From positions 1-32,000 of the forward strand of contig ACYB01000042.1 in the NCBI GenBank assembly GCA_000175855.1: DNA of 32,000 nt, written 5' to 3'. Shown here in pieces: positions 17,853-26,387 of this stretch. The number at the start of each line of letters is the position of its first letter. Within the stretch, counting starts at the first letter, position 1. Below the pieces are notes generated by a model. That model worked only from the letters and a program-made list of their open reading frames with translations. It made no database searches and was not told the DNA's origin. Origin of the DNA: Raphidiopsis brookii D9 (lineage in GTDB: Bacteria; Cyanobacteriota; Cyanobacteriia; Cyanobacteriales; Nostocaceae). Made by a program: the position numbers and the translations under genes.

Positions 17853-18089
17853 TTAGAAGGTGACTGAATCTCTCAATTCATCTAGGGTGTCATCAATCTC
17901 GGCTCTCCATCTTTCTAGGTTGTCGTTGACACGTCCTAAAACTTGGGAAATATCAACACTCTCGACCGAATTAGGATTTCTCCTTCTTCGTCTTACACCT
18001 CCTTTGATATTAACCATTTCGCCAGGAGTAACTTCTTGCAAAAGGTCGCCATCACCATTGGGGTATAGATCACTGATTTTTATGTCCAT
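17853..18089 (-). CDS. Small GG-leader peptide with Arg-rich segment; possible extra precursor or accessory peptide
   Basis: MDIKISDLYPNGDGDLLQEVTPGEMVNIKGG | VRRRRRNPNSVESVDISQVLGRVNDNLERWRAEIDDTLDELRDSVTF; GAGGTGATG upstream of the start. Confidence 0.6.
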   Translation of the reverse strand: MDIKISDLYPNGDGDLLQEVTPGEMVNIKGGVRRRRRNPNSVESVDISQVLGRVNDNLERWRAEIDDTLDELRDSVTF

Positions 18090-18304
18090 TTTTGCATCAC
18101 CTCGTGAGATCTGAATTTCAAATTCTTTTTTTTATTGTTCTGAAATCATCTCTCGAAATTGCAACCTTTCAACATCAAGTTTATGGACATAATTTCAGGC
18201 TTATTGTCTCTAAATTACCCCACTCTATGAGCTAGAAACTCTGGGATTTATCAGTGGGGTAAGAGTTTTAAACTGGTTTGCTATCTCTCAAAGAGATTTA
18301 CTTT

Positions 18305-19822
18305 TCAGTTGATTTTTGATCCTGTGTCTTGAGATCCGGGAATGGTGATATCTATCGGTGTAATTTTACCTGCTAACTGGGTTAATGGTGGTTGAATGGC
18401 ACCTTGATTTCCCACAACTAACGTAACTAAATTCTCTGGTTTGAGATATTTTTGAGCCACTCTTTGCACATCTGTAGCTGTGGTTTTTGTGACCGCTTTT
18501 TGATAACGAAACAGAAAGTCAGCAGGATAACCATAATATTCATAACGCATTAACCGTGACAGGGTTTGACCTGGGTCCTGAAAATTGAATACAAAAGAAT
18601 TTAGGGTGGACTCCTTAGCATACCTTAATTCTTTCGCTGTTATTGGTTGTTTTTGAATGCGCTCAATCTCTAATTGAATAGACTTTATAAACTGTACTGT
18701 AGCATCGGAACGGGTTTGTCCACCAGCAATAAACATACCCGGATAATCAAAACGGGGATTCCATGAGCCATATACAGAGTAGGCTAAACCTTGGCGCGAT
18801 CGCACTTCATTAAATAGTCTTCCTCCGAACCCATTTAGCACGCCATTCATTACATCTAATGCTGCATAATCTGGACTATTGAATTTTCCGCCCAAATGTC
18901 CCATTAAAATGCTGCTCTGTGTCAGTTGTGGTTGATTGACAAAGAATAACCCACTTAAATTAGCCTGCTGCACTGGTGGTAATTGGGTTTTAGCAATATT
19001 GAGATTAGGTTGCCAATCACCCAGTTTAGTCTGAATCAGAGAGCGCATTTTTTTCGGGTTAAAATCCCCCACAATTCCCAGGATTATGTTATTGGGATGG
19101 AAATATTTCCGATAGAAGTTAATCACATCTTCTCGCTGGATTTTATCGAGAGTTGCATATTCTGTAGTGCGTGCATAGGGACTATTTTGACCATAGATTA
19201 ATTTGCGAAACTCCCGACTGGCAATATTGTCAGAGTCATCATTGCGACGGGTAATACTTCCCTTAATTTGAGTTTTAATCAATTCCAACTTTTCCGGAGC
19301 AAAAGCTGGTTCTCGTAAGACTTCTGTAAACAACCCGAACACAGTTTCTAAATCTTCAGTTAAACTTTCAAAACTGGCAGTTCCAGCACTTTCACTAATG
19401 TCAGTTTCTACGGATGCTGCTCTTTGTTCCAAAATTTCATTTAGTTGATCCGGGGAATGTTTGGCAGTCCCCCCAATGCGCATCAGTGAACCTACAATGT
19501 CACCTAAACCGACTTTATCTCCTGCTTCCCAACGACTACCAGTCTTAATTAGGGTTGTTCCACTAACTAGGGGTAATTCATGATCTTCCATTAAATAGAC
19601 GACTAAACCGTTGTTTAATTGGAATCGCTCATACTTTGGCAGTTTAATTCCCGGTAAAGAATTGAATTGTAAGTCGGTATAATGCTTGGCTGCTGCTGTT
19701 GCTACCCTGGAGAAATTCAAGGTCAATACTAAGGCAATTACTAAGGCAAAAAATAATTGCCAAGTTTTACCCAATTTGGGGAAAATATTGCGTGAAAATT
19801 TCAATTTTTTACTCCTGACCAT
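18305..19822 (-). CDS. Exported M16 peptidase homologue lacking the zinc motif (candidate non-catalytic subunit)
   Basis: Signal peptide; YLMEDHELPLVSGTTLIKTGSRWEAGDKVGLGDIVGSLMRIGG has no HxxEH; FNEVRSRQGLAYSVYG present. Confidence 0.85.
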   Translation of the reverse strand: MVRSKKLKFSRNIFPKLGKTWQLFFALVIALVLTLNFSRVATAAAKHYTDLQFNSLPGIKLPKYERFQLNNGLVVYLMEDHELPLVSGTTLIKTGSRWEAGDKVGLGDIVGSLMRIGGTAKHSPDQLNEILEQRAASVETDISESAGTASFESLTEDLETVFGLFTEVLREPAFAPEKLELIKTQIKGSITRRNDDSDNIASREFRKLIYGQNSPYARTTEYATLDKIQREDVINFYRKYFHPNNIILGIVGDFNPKKMRSLIQTKLGDWQPNLNIAKTQLPPVQQANLSGLFFVNQPQLTQSSILMGHLGGKFNSPDYAALDVMNGVLNGFGGRLFNEVRSRQGLAYSVYGSWNPRFDYPGMFIAGGQTRSDATVQFIKSIQLEIERIQKQPITAKELRYAKESTLNSFVFNFQDPGQTLSRLMRYEYYGYPADFLFRYQKAVTKTTATDVQRVAQKYLKPENLVTLVVGNQGAIQPPLTQLAGKITPIDITIPGSQDTGSKIN

Positions 19823-19845
19823 GGTTCTGTTTTCGTCCTCTATAC

Positions 19846-21393
19846 CTATGATTTTTGAGAAAGTAATTTACCAATCGTGCGATTTTCCGCTGTGAAGGTT
19901 GATTGTGCTACCCTTTGAATATCCGCAGGGGTAACCTTTGTAATGTCATCCAATTGCTTAAATAAATTCTGCCAAGAACCTGTTTTCACCTCATATTCCA
20001 ATAGTTGCTGTGCCATACCCATGTTGGAATCTAAACTCCTCAGTAAACCTGCTCTAGCTTGTGTTTTAACTCGCTCTAATTCTTTCTCAGATACGAACTG
20101 GGTTTGCAATTTACTAATTTCCTGACCTAGGGCGATCGCCAATTCATCTACTGTATGGCCTGGTGCTGTCAGGGCATAAAATAACATTAAATTGGGATAC
20201 TTGTCCCCTGGAAAACCACTAATCCCCTCAGCCACCAAAGCCACTCTTTGGGTTTCAATCAAGGATTTATACAGTCGTGAAGTCCTACCATCACTTAGTA
20301 AACTGCTAATAATATCGTAAACAGCATTATCGGGATCAGTTATACTGGGACGATGATAGCCCTCTAAGTACCAAGGTTGGGAGGGTAGTTTTACGGTAAT
20401 TTCTCTGGTGCTGGTTTGTTTAGGTTCGGGGGCAATTTTAGCTTGTGCTTTCGGTTTAGCTGGATATCTACCAAAATAAATTTTGGCCAATCTTTTAACC
20501 TGATTAGGGTTAACATCACCCACCACCGCAATAGTTAAATTACTGGGAACATAATACTTGTTAAAAAACTCCCTCACATTAGCTGGAGAAAGGTTACGAA
20601 TATCTTCATCATAACCAATAACAGGTCTCCGGTAAGGGTGAACTTTAAAAGCAACATCGGTGAATTTTTCAACCATTAACCCTACGGGAGAATTTTCTAC
20701 CCGCATTCGTCTTTCTTCCAAAATCACATCCCTTTCTTTATAAAATTCTCGGAATACTGGTTCTAAAAATCTTTCTGATTCCAGAGACATCCACAACTCC
20801 AATTTATTAGCAGGAAAACTATAAAAGTAACGGGTTGCTTCACTAGAAGTGTTAGCATTTAAACCCACACCTCCAGCTTGTTCAACTATTTGACCTATTT
20901 CATTTTGTTTCACCAATTTCCCAGCTTGAGCTTCTACAGCTTTAAACTCTTTTTGTAGCTTTTCTAGTTCTTCCGTTCTATTTTCACTCTTGGCAGATCT
21001 AATTTGATTGTCTAATTGCTCTAACTTGTCTAATAAAGGCTTCTCCACTGTGTAGTTTGTTGTACCAATGCGCTTGGTTCCCTTAAAAGCTAAGTGTTCT
21101 AAAAAATGAGCTATTCCTGTTTGTCCATCTGGTTCATCTATCCCCCCAACATTTGCATAAGTCAGAAAAGAAACCACGGGTGCTTGATGTCTTTCCAAAA
21201 CAATAAACTTTAGACCGTTATCTAAAGTAAACTCTGTTAGTTGCTTAACAACGCGGTCTAAATAGGGCTTAATCGAAGTTTGATTACCCTGCAGGGCGAT
21301 CGCTGTTTGAATGGGAAAATTACCACAAAATAAGAAAAATGCTAGGGTTATTACTAGAAAACGGCTCGTAGAAGTCAAAATCCAATGGCTCAT
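19846..21393 (-). CDS. Exported M16 zinc metallopeptidase (catalytic type)
   Basis: DGQTGIAHFLEHLAFKGTKRIGT (HxxEH), PVGLMVEKFTDVAFKVHPYRRPVIGY, VGDVNPNQVKRLAKIYFG. Confidence 0.9.
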   Translation of the reverse strand: MSHWILTSTSRFLVITLAFFLFCGNFPIQTAIALQGNQTSIKPYLDRVVKQLTEFTLDNGLKFIVLERHQAPVVSFLTYANVGGIDEPDGQTGIAHFLEHLAFKGTKRIGTTNYTVEKPLLDKLEQLDNQIRSAKSENRTEELEKLQKEFKAVEAQAGKLVKQNEIGQIVEQAGGVGLNANTSSEATRYFYSFPANKLELWMSLESERFLEPVFREFYKERDVILEERRMRVENSPVGLMVEKFTDVAFKVHPYRRPVIGYDEDIRNLSPANVREFFNKYYVPSNLTIAVVGDVNPNQVKRLAKIYFGRYPAKPKAQAKIAPEPKQTSTREITVKLPSQPWYLEGYHRPSITDPDNAVYDIISSLLSDGRTSRLYKSLIETQRVALVAEGISGFPGDKYPNLMLFYALTAPGHTVDELAIALGQEISKLQTQFVSEKELERVKTQARAGLLRSLDSNMGMAQQLLEYEVKTGSWQNLFKQLDDITKVTPADIQRVAQSTFTAENRTIGKLLSQKS

Positions 21394-21544
21394 AGCAAAA
21401 ATTCAAGTAAATTTACACTTCTTTAAAATTCGGGTCAGTTAGCACACAAAGCATTAATCTTGTATTAAGCTTTCCGTGCTTCCTAACTTTCATGTTAGAC
21501 AATGCAGATAAAATTCGTGTTCCCTAACACACAGGAATAACTCT

Positions 21545-22171
21545 ATGCCAGTTTCTCATTATTCCTCTCCTTCAGAAGCTCAAACCCGTAGCCGCATTCT
21601 TATAGCAGCACTGCGTTTATTTGCTTCCGGGGGATTTGATGGCACTACCACCCGTGACTTGGCCCACGCTGCAGGAGTTGCTGAGGGTACACTCTTTCGT
21701 CATTTTGCCAATAAAAAGGCAATTCTGGTAGAGGTAGCGACCAATGGTTGGGTAGAAATTCTCACGGACCTACTGACAGAATTGAGTGAAATGGGTAGTT
21801 ATAAAGCCATAGCCCAAGTTATGCGTCGCAGAATGTGGAACATGCAAAAGAATGTTGATTTGATGCGAGTTTGTTTCATGGAGGTGCAGTTTCATCCAGA
21901 TTTGCAGGATCGCATCCAAACTGAAGTGATTGATAAAATGACCAGTGTTACAGAAGCATTCTTCCAAACCGCTATGGATAGGGGTATTTATCGTCAAATG
22001 GATGCTAAATTGGTTGCTAAAGTGTTTTTAGGAATGTTTGCGATCGCAGGTTTTTCTCATCAAACCCTAATTGATCCCCATGGGTCTCCCCAGGAAATGC
22101 AACAAATGGCTGAGGGTTTAGCAGATATATTCTTAAATGGGGTTTTGGTTAAGGAATTCACAATTCAATAA
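21545..22171 (+). CDS. TetR/AcrR-family transcriptional regulator
   Basis: TRSRILIAALRLFASGGFDGTTTRDLAHAAGVAEGTLFRHFANKKAIL. Confidence 0.95.
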   Translation: MPVSHYSSPSEAQTRSRILIAALRLFASGGFDGTTTRDLAHAAGVAEGTLFRHFANKKAILVEVATNGWVEILTDLLTELSEMGSYKAIAQVMRRRMWNMQKNVDLMRVCFMEVQFHPDLQDRIQTEVIDKMTSVTEAFFQTAMDRGIYRQMDAKLVAKVFLGMFAIAGFSHQTLIDPHGSPQEMQQMAEGLADIFLNGVLVKEFTIQ

Positions 22172-22496
22172 TAATTCTCACCGAGAATCTGCTCAGTGGA
22201 AAAAGGACATTTTTCTGGGTAATCACCCTGGGAATGAACACAACCCCAGGGATGCTGGTCATTTTTGGGGGTCAGATCCTAACCAAAAGTATTTGTGGGG
22301 TAATCATACTAGAAGACCTGTGCCTGTTTATTATCAAGGAGCTTATTCCGGTAATTTAACCATATATGCAGGACAAAACGTAAAATTTACAGACAGTACT
22401 GGGTCTACCTATACCATACCGGGTGGACGTGGTTTAGTGGACCAAACTCACATATTTCAAACCATGAAAAGAGCCATAACGGGTTCTAATCTTTAA
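22137..22496 (+). other. Unclassified ORF overlapping the end of the tetR gene; possibly a gene remnant
   Basis: Open frame ...HTRRPVPVYYQGAYSGNLTIYAGQNVKFTDSTGSTYTIPGGRGLVDQTHIFQTM; no family recognised and the apparent start is inside tetR. Confidence 0.25.
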
Positions 22497-22514
22497 AAAC
22501 TAGTTTCTTCAGCA

Positions 22515-23573
22515 ATGAAATTAAACCGTCGTCAACTGCTTAATGTTTCTCTGGCCAGTCTAGTATGCTTTTCTTCAATAGGTTACAGCTTCCCTACCCT
22601 GGGAAACACTACTAATAGTACTATCAAACCACGGAGACTAAAAACTGGTAATGGCGTTGGTCTAATTAGTCCTGCTGGTGCTACCTTTTTACCAGAGGAA
22701 GTAGAAATCGTCCAGGATGCTGTTAAAGCATTGGGAATGATTCCCTATGTTGCTCCTCATCTTTTGGCACGCTATGGCTATTTGGGGGGGACAGATCTAC
22801 AGAGAGCAGCTGATATCAATCAGTTTTTTGCTGATGGTAAAATCTCCATGTTATTACCAATGCGTGGAGGTTGGGGTGGTGCCAGGATTTTGCCCTATTT
22901 GGACTATCAACTAATCAGGAAAAATCCCAAAGTGTTAGTAGGTTTTAGCGACTTAACGGCATTAAATTTAGCAATTTATGCTAAAACTGGCTTAGTCACC
23001 TTCCATGGTCCTAACGGTTTAACATCCTGGCGTGCTGAACAGGTAAATTGGTTTCGACGGGTTCTGTTTGCTGGGGAAAAGCTCAATTTTGGCAATGAAA
23101 CAGACCCAGACGATAGGGGAAGGTTGATGAAGGTAAAAAACCGTATTCAAACCATTACCCATGGAAAAGCACAGGGGCGCTTAGTCGGAGGAAATCTTTC
23201 GGTTATTTCAGCCATGGTAGGATCCGCTTATTTGCCCAATTTTGAAGGGGCAATTTTGTTTGTGGAAGATGTGGGAGAAAATATTTACCGTATAGATAGG
23301 ATGTTAACACACCTGAAATTGGCAGGAATTTTACAAAATTTACAGGGGTTTATTTTTGGTCAGTGTACTAATTGTCCACCAGATGGAGGGTATGCTTCCC
23401 TAACCCTGGAAGAAGTTATCCGCGACCATGTTCAATCTTTGGCAATCCCTGCTTGTATGGGATTGCAAATTGGACATCTGGAAAATATTGTCACTTTGCC
23501 CATTGGTATCAGGGTGGAAATGGATGCCACCGCTGGCACAATTGTTATGCTAGATTCAGCTGTAGTTACTTAA
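22515..23573 (+). CDS. LD-carboxypeptidase (S66 family), exported
   Basis: GNGVGLISPAGATFLPEEVEIVQDAVKALG, ISMLLPMRGGWGGARILPYLDY, VGFSDLTALNLAIYAKTGLVTFHGP, QCTNCPPDG. Confidence 0.9.
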   Translation: MKLNRRQLLNVSLASLVCFSSIGYSFPTLGNTTNSTIKPRRLKTGNGVGLISPAGATFLPEEVEIVQDAVKALGMIPYVAPHLLARYGYLGGTDLQRAADINQFFADGKISMLLPMRGGWGGARILPYLDYQLIRKNPKVLVGFSDLTALNLAIYAKTGLVTFHGPNGLTSWRAEQVNWFRRVLFAGEKLNFGNETDPDDRGRLMKVKNRIQTITHGKAQGRLVGGNLSVISAMVGSAYLPNFEGAILFVEDVGENIYRIDRMLTHLKLAGILQNLQGFIFGQCTNCPPDGGYASLTLEEVIRDHVQSLAIPACMGLQIGHLENIVTLPIGIRVEMDATAGTIVMLDSAVVT

Positions 23574-23736
23574 GGTATTGTTATTATGTTAACGCCTACA
23601 TAAATAGGGGGCTGGCTCGTAGCGACTTGGGTGATAAGCAAGGTGCCATAGATAATTAAAAATTCTCCTGATCACTTAACATTTTTGGTAAAACTACTAT
23701 AATTAACTAAGTTAATAACAAAAGTAGTTCCTAATT

Positions 23737-24699
23737 GTGTTTACAACCACACTAGCTCGAACCCAGAGCAAACCACCCCTGGATTTATTTACTGCCATTA
23801 ATAATTTAAAAACCGAATTAAATGCAGTAATACTAGCTCACTATTATCAAGAACCAGATATACAGGATATAGCGGATTTTGTTGGAGACTCTTTACAACT
23901 GGCAAAAGCAGCAGCCAAAACCAATGCGGATGTGATTGTATTTGCCGGTGTTCATTTTATGGCGGAAACGGCAAAAATCCTGAATCCTGATAAATTAGTG
24001 TTGTTACCAGACTTAAATGCTGGTTGTTCCCTCGCTGATAGTTGTCCTCCGGAAAAGTTTGCAGCATTTAAAGCTGCTCACCCAGATCATATAGTCATCT
24101 CCTATATTAACTGCTCCGCTGAAATAAAAGCTATGAGCGATATTATCTGTACCAGTTCCAACGCGGTCAAAATTGTCCAGCAAATACCTAAAGACCAAGG
24201 GATAATTTTTGCTCCTGATCGCAATCTGGGAAAATACGTAAGCCAACAAACAGGAAGGGATATGATTTTATGGCAGGGTAGCTGTATTGTACATGAAACC
24301 TTCTCAGAAAAGAAAATAGTTGAGTTAAAAATTGCACATCCTCACGCCCAGGCGATCGCCCATCCGGAATGTGAGAGCAGTGTTTTGCGTCATGCGGATT
24401 ATATTGGCTCTACTGCTGCGCTCCTCAATTATTGTCAAAAAAGCCCTGCTGTGGAGTTTATAGTTGCCACGGAGCCAGGAATTATCCATCAGATGCAAAA
24501 ATTAGCACCGGGCAAACACTTTATCCCCGCTCCTCCTGAGAATAACTGTAATTGCAACGAGTGTCCATTTATGAGATTAAACACCTTAGAGAAGCTATAT
24601 TTAGCCATGAAGAACCGGACCCCAGAAATCACTATTTCCGAGAAAATTCGTGTTCAAGCATTAAAACCCATAGAAAAGATGTTGGAAATGAGTAATTAA
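23737..24699 (+). CDS. nadA: Quinolinate synthase
   Basis: [57 protein letters not shown]; [14 protein letters not shown]; [20 protein letters not shown]. Confidence 0.97.
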   Translation: MFTTTLARTQSKPPLDLFTAINNLKTELNAVILAHYYQEPDIQDIADFVGDSLQLAKAAAKTNADVIVFAGVHFMAETAKILNPDKLVLLPDLNAGCSLADSCPPEKFAAFKAAHPDHIVISYINCSAEIKAMSDIICTSSNAVKIVQQIPKDQGIIFAPDRNLGKYVSQQTGRDMILWQGSCIVHETFSEKKIVELKIAHPHAQAIAHPECESSVLRHADYIGSTAALLNYCQKSPAVEFIVATEPGIIHQMQKLAPGKHFIPAPPENNCNCNECPFMRLNTLEKLYLAMKNRTPEITISEKIRVQALKPIEKMLEMSN

Positions 24700-24712
24700 G
24701 GAGATCTCAATC

Positions 24713-25140
24713 ATGGAAATCCGCGATCGCATTAAACAGTTCAATATTTACTTTCCTAGATGATTATGAACCTAAAAACGAAAAAAGCTATTGAACAACT
24801 AGAAAAATTCGTTTCTACTCCCCTAGAAGAAACACTGAGACAGCATGAAAAGACTACACATCAATAAATAGCAACTAACCTATTTAAGACTGTAGTCAGT
24901 ACCATACCAGCTTACCAATCGTTTTTAGCGACACATAAGATCAAAGGGGAAACAATTCAAACTTTGGCGGACTTTCAAAAATTACCGGTAATTTGTAAAG
25001 AAAATTATATTTCTGTTTACAGTTTGCCAGAACTATGTAAAGATGGAGAATTAGGAGGCTGTGATATGATCACGGCCTCCTCTTGCTCGGTGGAAAAACC
25101 CACATTTTGGCCCCGATTCTTCCCACTCTCCCAATTTTGA
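24713..25140 (+). pseudogene. Decayed N-terminal fragment of a phenylacetate-CoA-ligase-like (AMP-binding) gene
   Basis: MEIRDRIKQFNIYFPR / MIMNLKTKKAIEQLEKFVSTPLEETLRQHEKTTHQ*IATNLFKTVVSTIPAYQSFLATHKIKGETIQTLADFQKLPVICKENYISVYSLPELCKDGELGGCDMITASSCSVEKPTFWPRFFPLSQF*; one frame change, one internal stop and an abrupt end. Confidence 0.6.
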
Positions 25141-25148
25141 CTATAACC

Positions 25149-26372
25149 ATGATTTCTACCCTCCCTAATTCTGGTACTCAAAATCTACCTAATGTGCGTT
25201 TACAAATCCGTGCACTGTTGCCACAACTTATAGAATGGAGACGTAAAATACATCAAAGACCAGAATTGGGGTTTCAAGAAAAACTAACTGCTCAGTTTAT
25301 TTCTGAGCAATTACAAGCCTGGGAAATAGAGCATCAAACCGGTATTGCCCAAACTGGTATTGTGGCTACAATCACAGGAACAGGATCCGCCACTGGTAAG
25401 GTTTTGGCTATTCGTGCTGATATGGACGCGTTGCCAGTTCAAGAAGAAAATAAGGTATCCTACTGTTCCCAACAGGATGGAATCATGCACGCTTGTGGAC
25501 ATGATGGACATACTGCGATCGCATTGGGAACAGCATATTACCTACAAAAACACCGTCAAGACTTTAGTGGTCAGGTAAAAATCATCTTTCAACCAGCAGA
25601 AGAGGGACCTGGTGGAGCTAAACCAATGATTGATGAGGGAGTATTAAAAAATCCTGATGTGGATGCTATTATTGGTCTCCACCTATGGAATGATCTATTG
25701 GTGGGCACTGTAGGGGTTCGTCCAGGTCCTTTTATGGCGGCAGTGGACTTTTTTAACTGTACAATCTTAGGTAGAGGTGGACATGGAGCTTTACCTCATC
25801 AGACCATTGATTCGGTTGTGGTTGCAGCTCAGATTGTGAATGCTTTACAAACTATTGTAGCTCGAAATGTCAATCCCCTGGATTCAGCAGTGGTGACCAT
25901 TGGTGAACTTCATGCTGGCACAAGAATGAACGTAATTGCTGATACTGCAAGAATGAGCGGGTCAGTGAGATATTTTAATGGTCAATTGGCAGAATTTTTC
26001 AAGCAAAGAATCACGGAAATTATCCGGGGGATTTGCGAAAGTCATGGGGCTAATTACGAGTTAGAATATACACATCTTTATCCACCCGTAATCAATGATG
26101 AGGTGATGGCACAATTGGTGAGAAAGGTAGCAGAACAAGTGGTAGAAACACCGGTGAATATTATCCATGAATGTCAAATTATGGGTAGTGAGGATATGTC
26201 ATTTTTCTTGCAAGAGGTTCCAGGTTGTTATTTCTTTTTGGGTTCTGCTAATCCTGAGAAACAGTTGAACTACCCCCATCACCATCCGCGCTTTGACTTT
26301 GATGAAGTAGCTTTAGCAGTGGGGGTAGAAATATTTGTGAGATGTGTGGAAAACTTCTTAATACCGCATTAA
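25149..26372 (+). CDS. M20-family amidohydrolase (hippurate/N-acyl-amino-acid hydrolase type); ORF track begins at 25083
   Basis: LIEWRRKIHQRPELGFQE, VLAIRADMDALPVQEEN, MHACGHDGHTAIALG, IIFQPAEEGPGGAKPMIDEG, IMGSEDMSFFLQEVPG. Confidence 0.93.
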   Translation: MISTLPNSGTQNLPNVRLQIRALLPQLIEWRRKIHQRPELGFQEKLTAQFISEQLQAWEIEHQTGIAQTGIVATITGTGSATGKVLAIRADMDALPVQEENKVSYCSQQDGIMHACGHDGHTAIALGTAYYLQKHRQDFSGQVKIIFQPAEEGPGGAKPMIDEGVLKNPDVDAIIGLHLWNDLLVGTVGVRPGPFMAAVDFFNCTILGRGGHGALPHQTIDSVVVAAQIVNALQTIVARNVNPLDSAVVTIGELHAGTRMNVIADTARMSGSVRYFNGQLAEFFKQRITEIIRGICESHGANYELEYTHLYPPVINDEVMAQLVRKVAEQVVETPVNIIHECQIMGSEDMSFFLQEVPGCYFFLGSANPEKQLNYPHHHPRFDFDEVALAVGVEIFVRCVENFLIPH

Positions 26373-26387
26373 TACTGCAAGAGTAAA

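Noticed and set aside
14055-18089. Calling the locus a class V lanthipeptide or thioamitide cluster outright
   Set aside because: Precursors lack Cys, and no cyclase, YcaO/TfuA or cysteine decarboxylase is present in the window. Only the kinase + HopA1-like pair is shared.
18983-19201. Plus-strand ORFs opposite the M16 and kinase genes (17171..17380, 17439..17666, 17860..18114, 18983..19201, 19943..20125, 26419..26712)
   Set aside because: Explained as shadows of the minus-strand genes; 26419..26712 is a Gly/Val-rich shadow of the Pro/Thr repeats.
24351-24362. GCGATCGC-type motifs here and elsewhere as regulatory sites
   Set aside because: These are HIP1 octamers, widely over-represented in cyanobacterial genomes; useful as a taxonomic hint, not as a specific regulatory signal.
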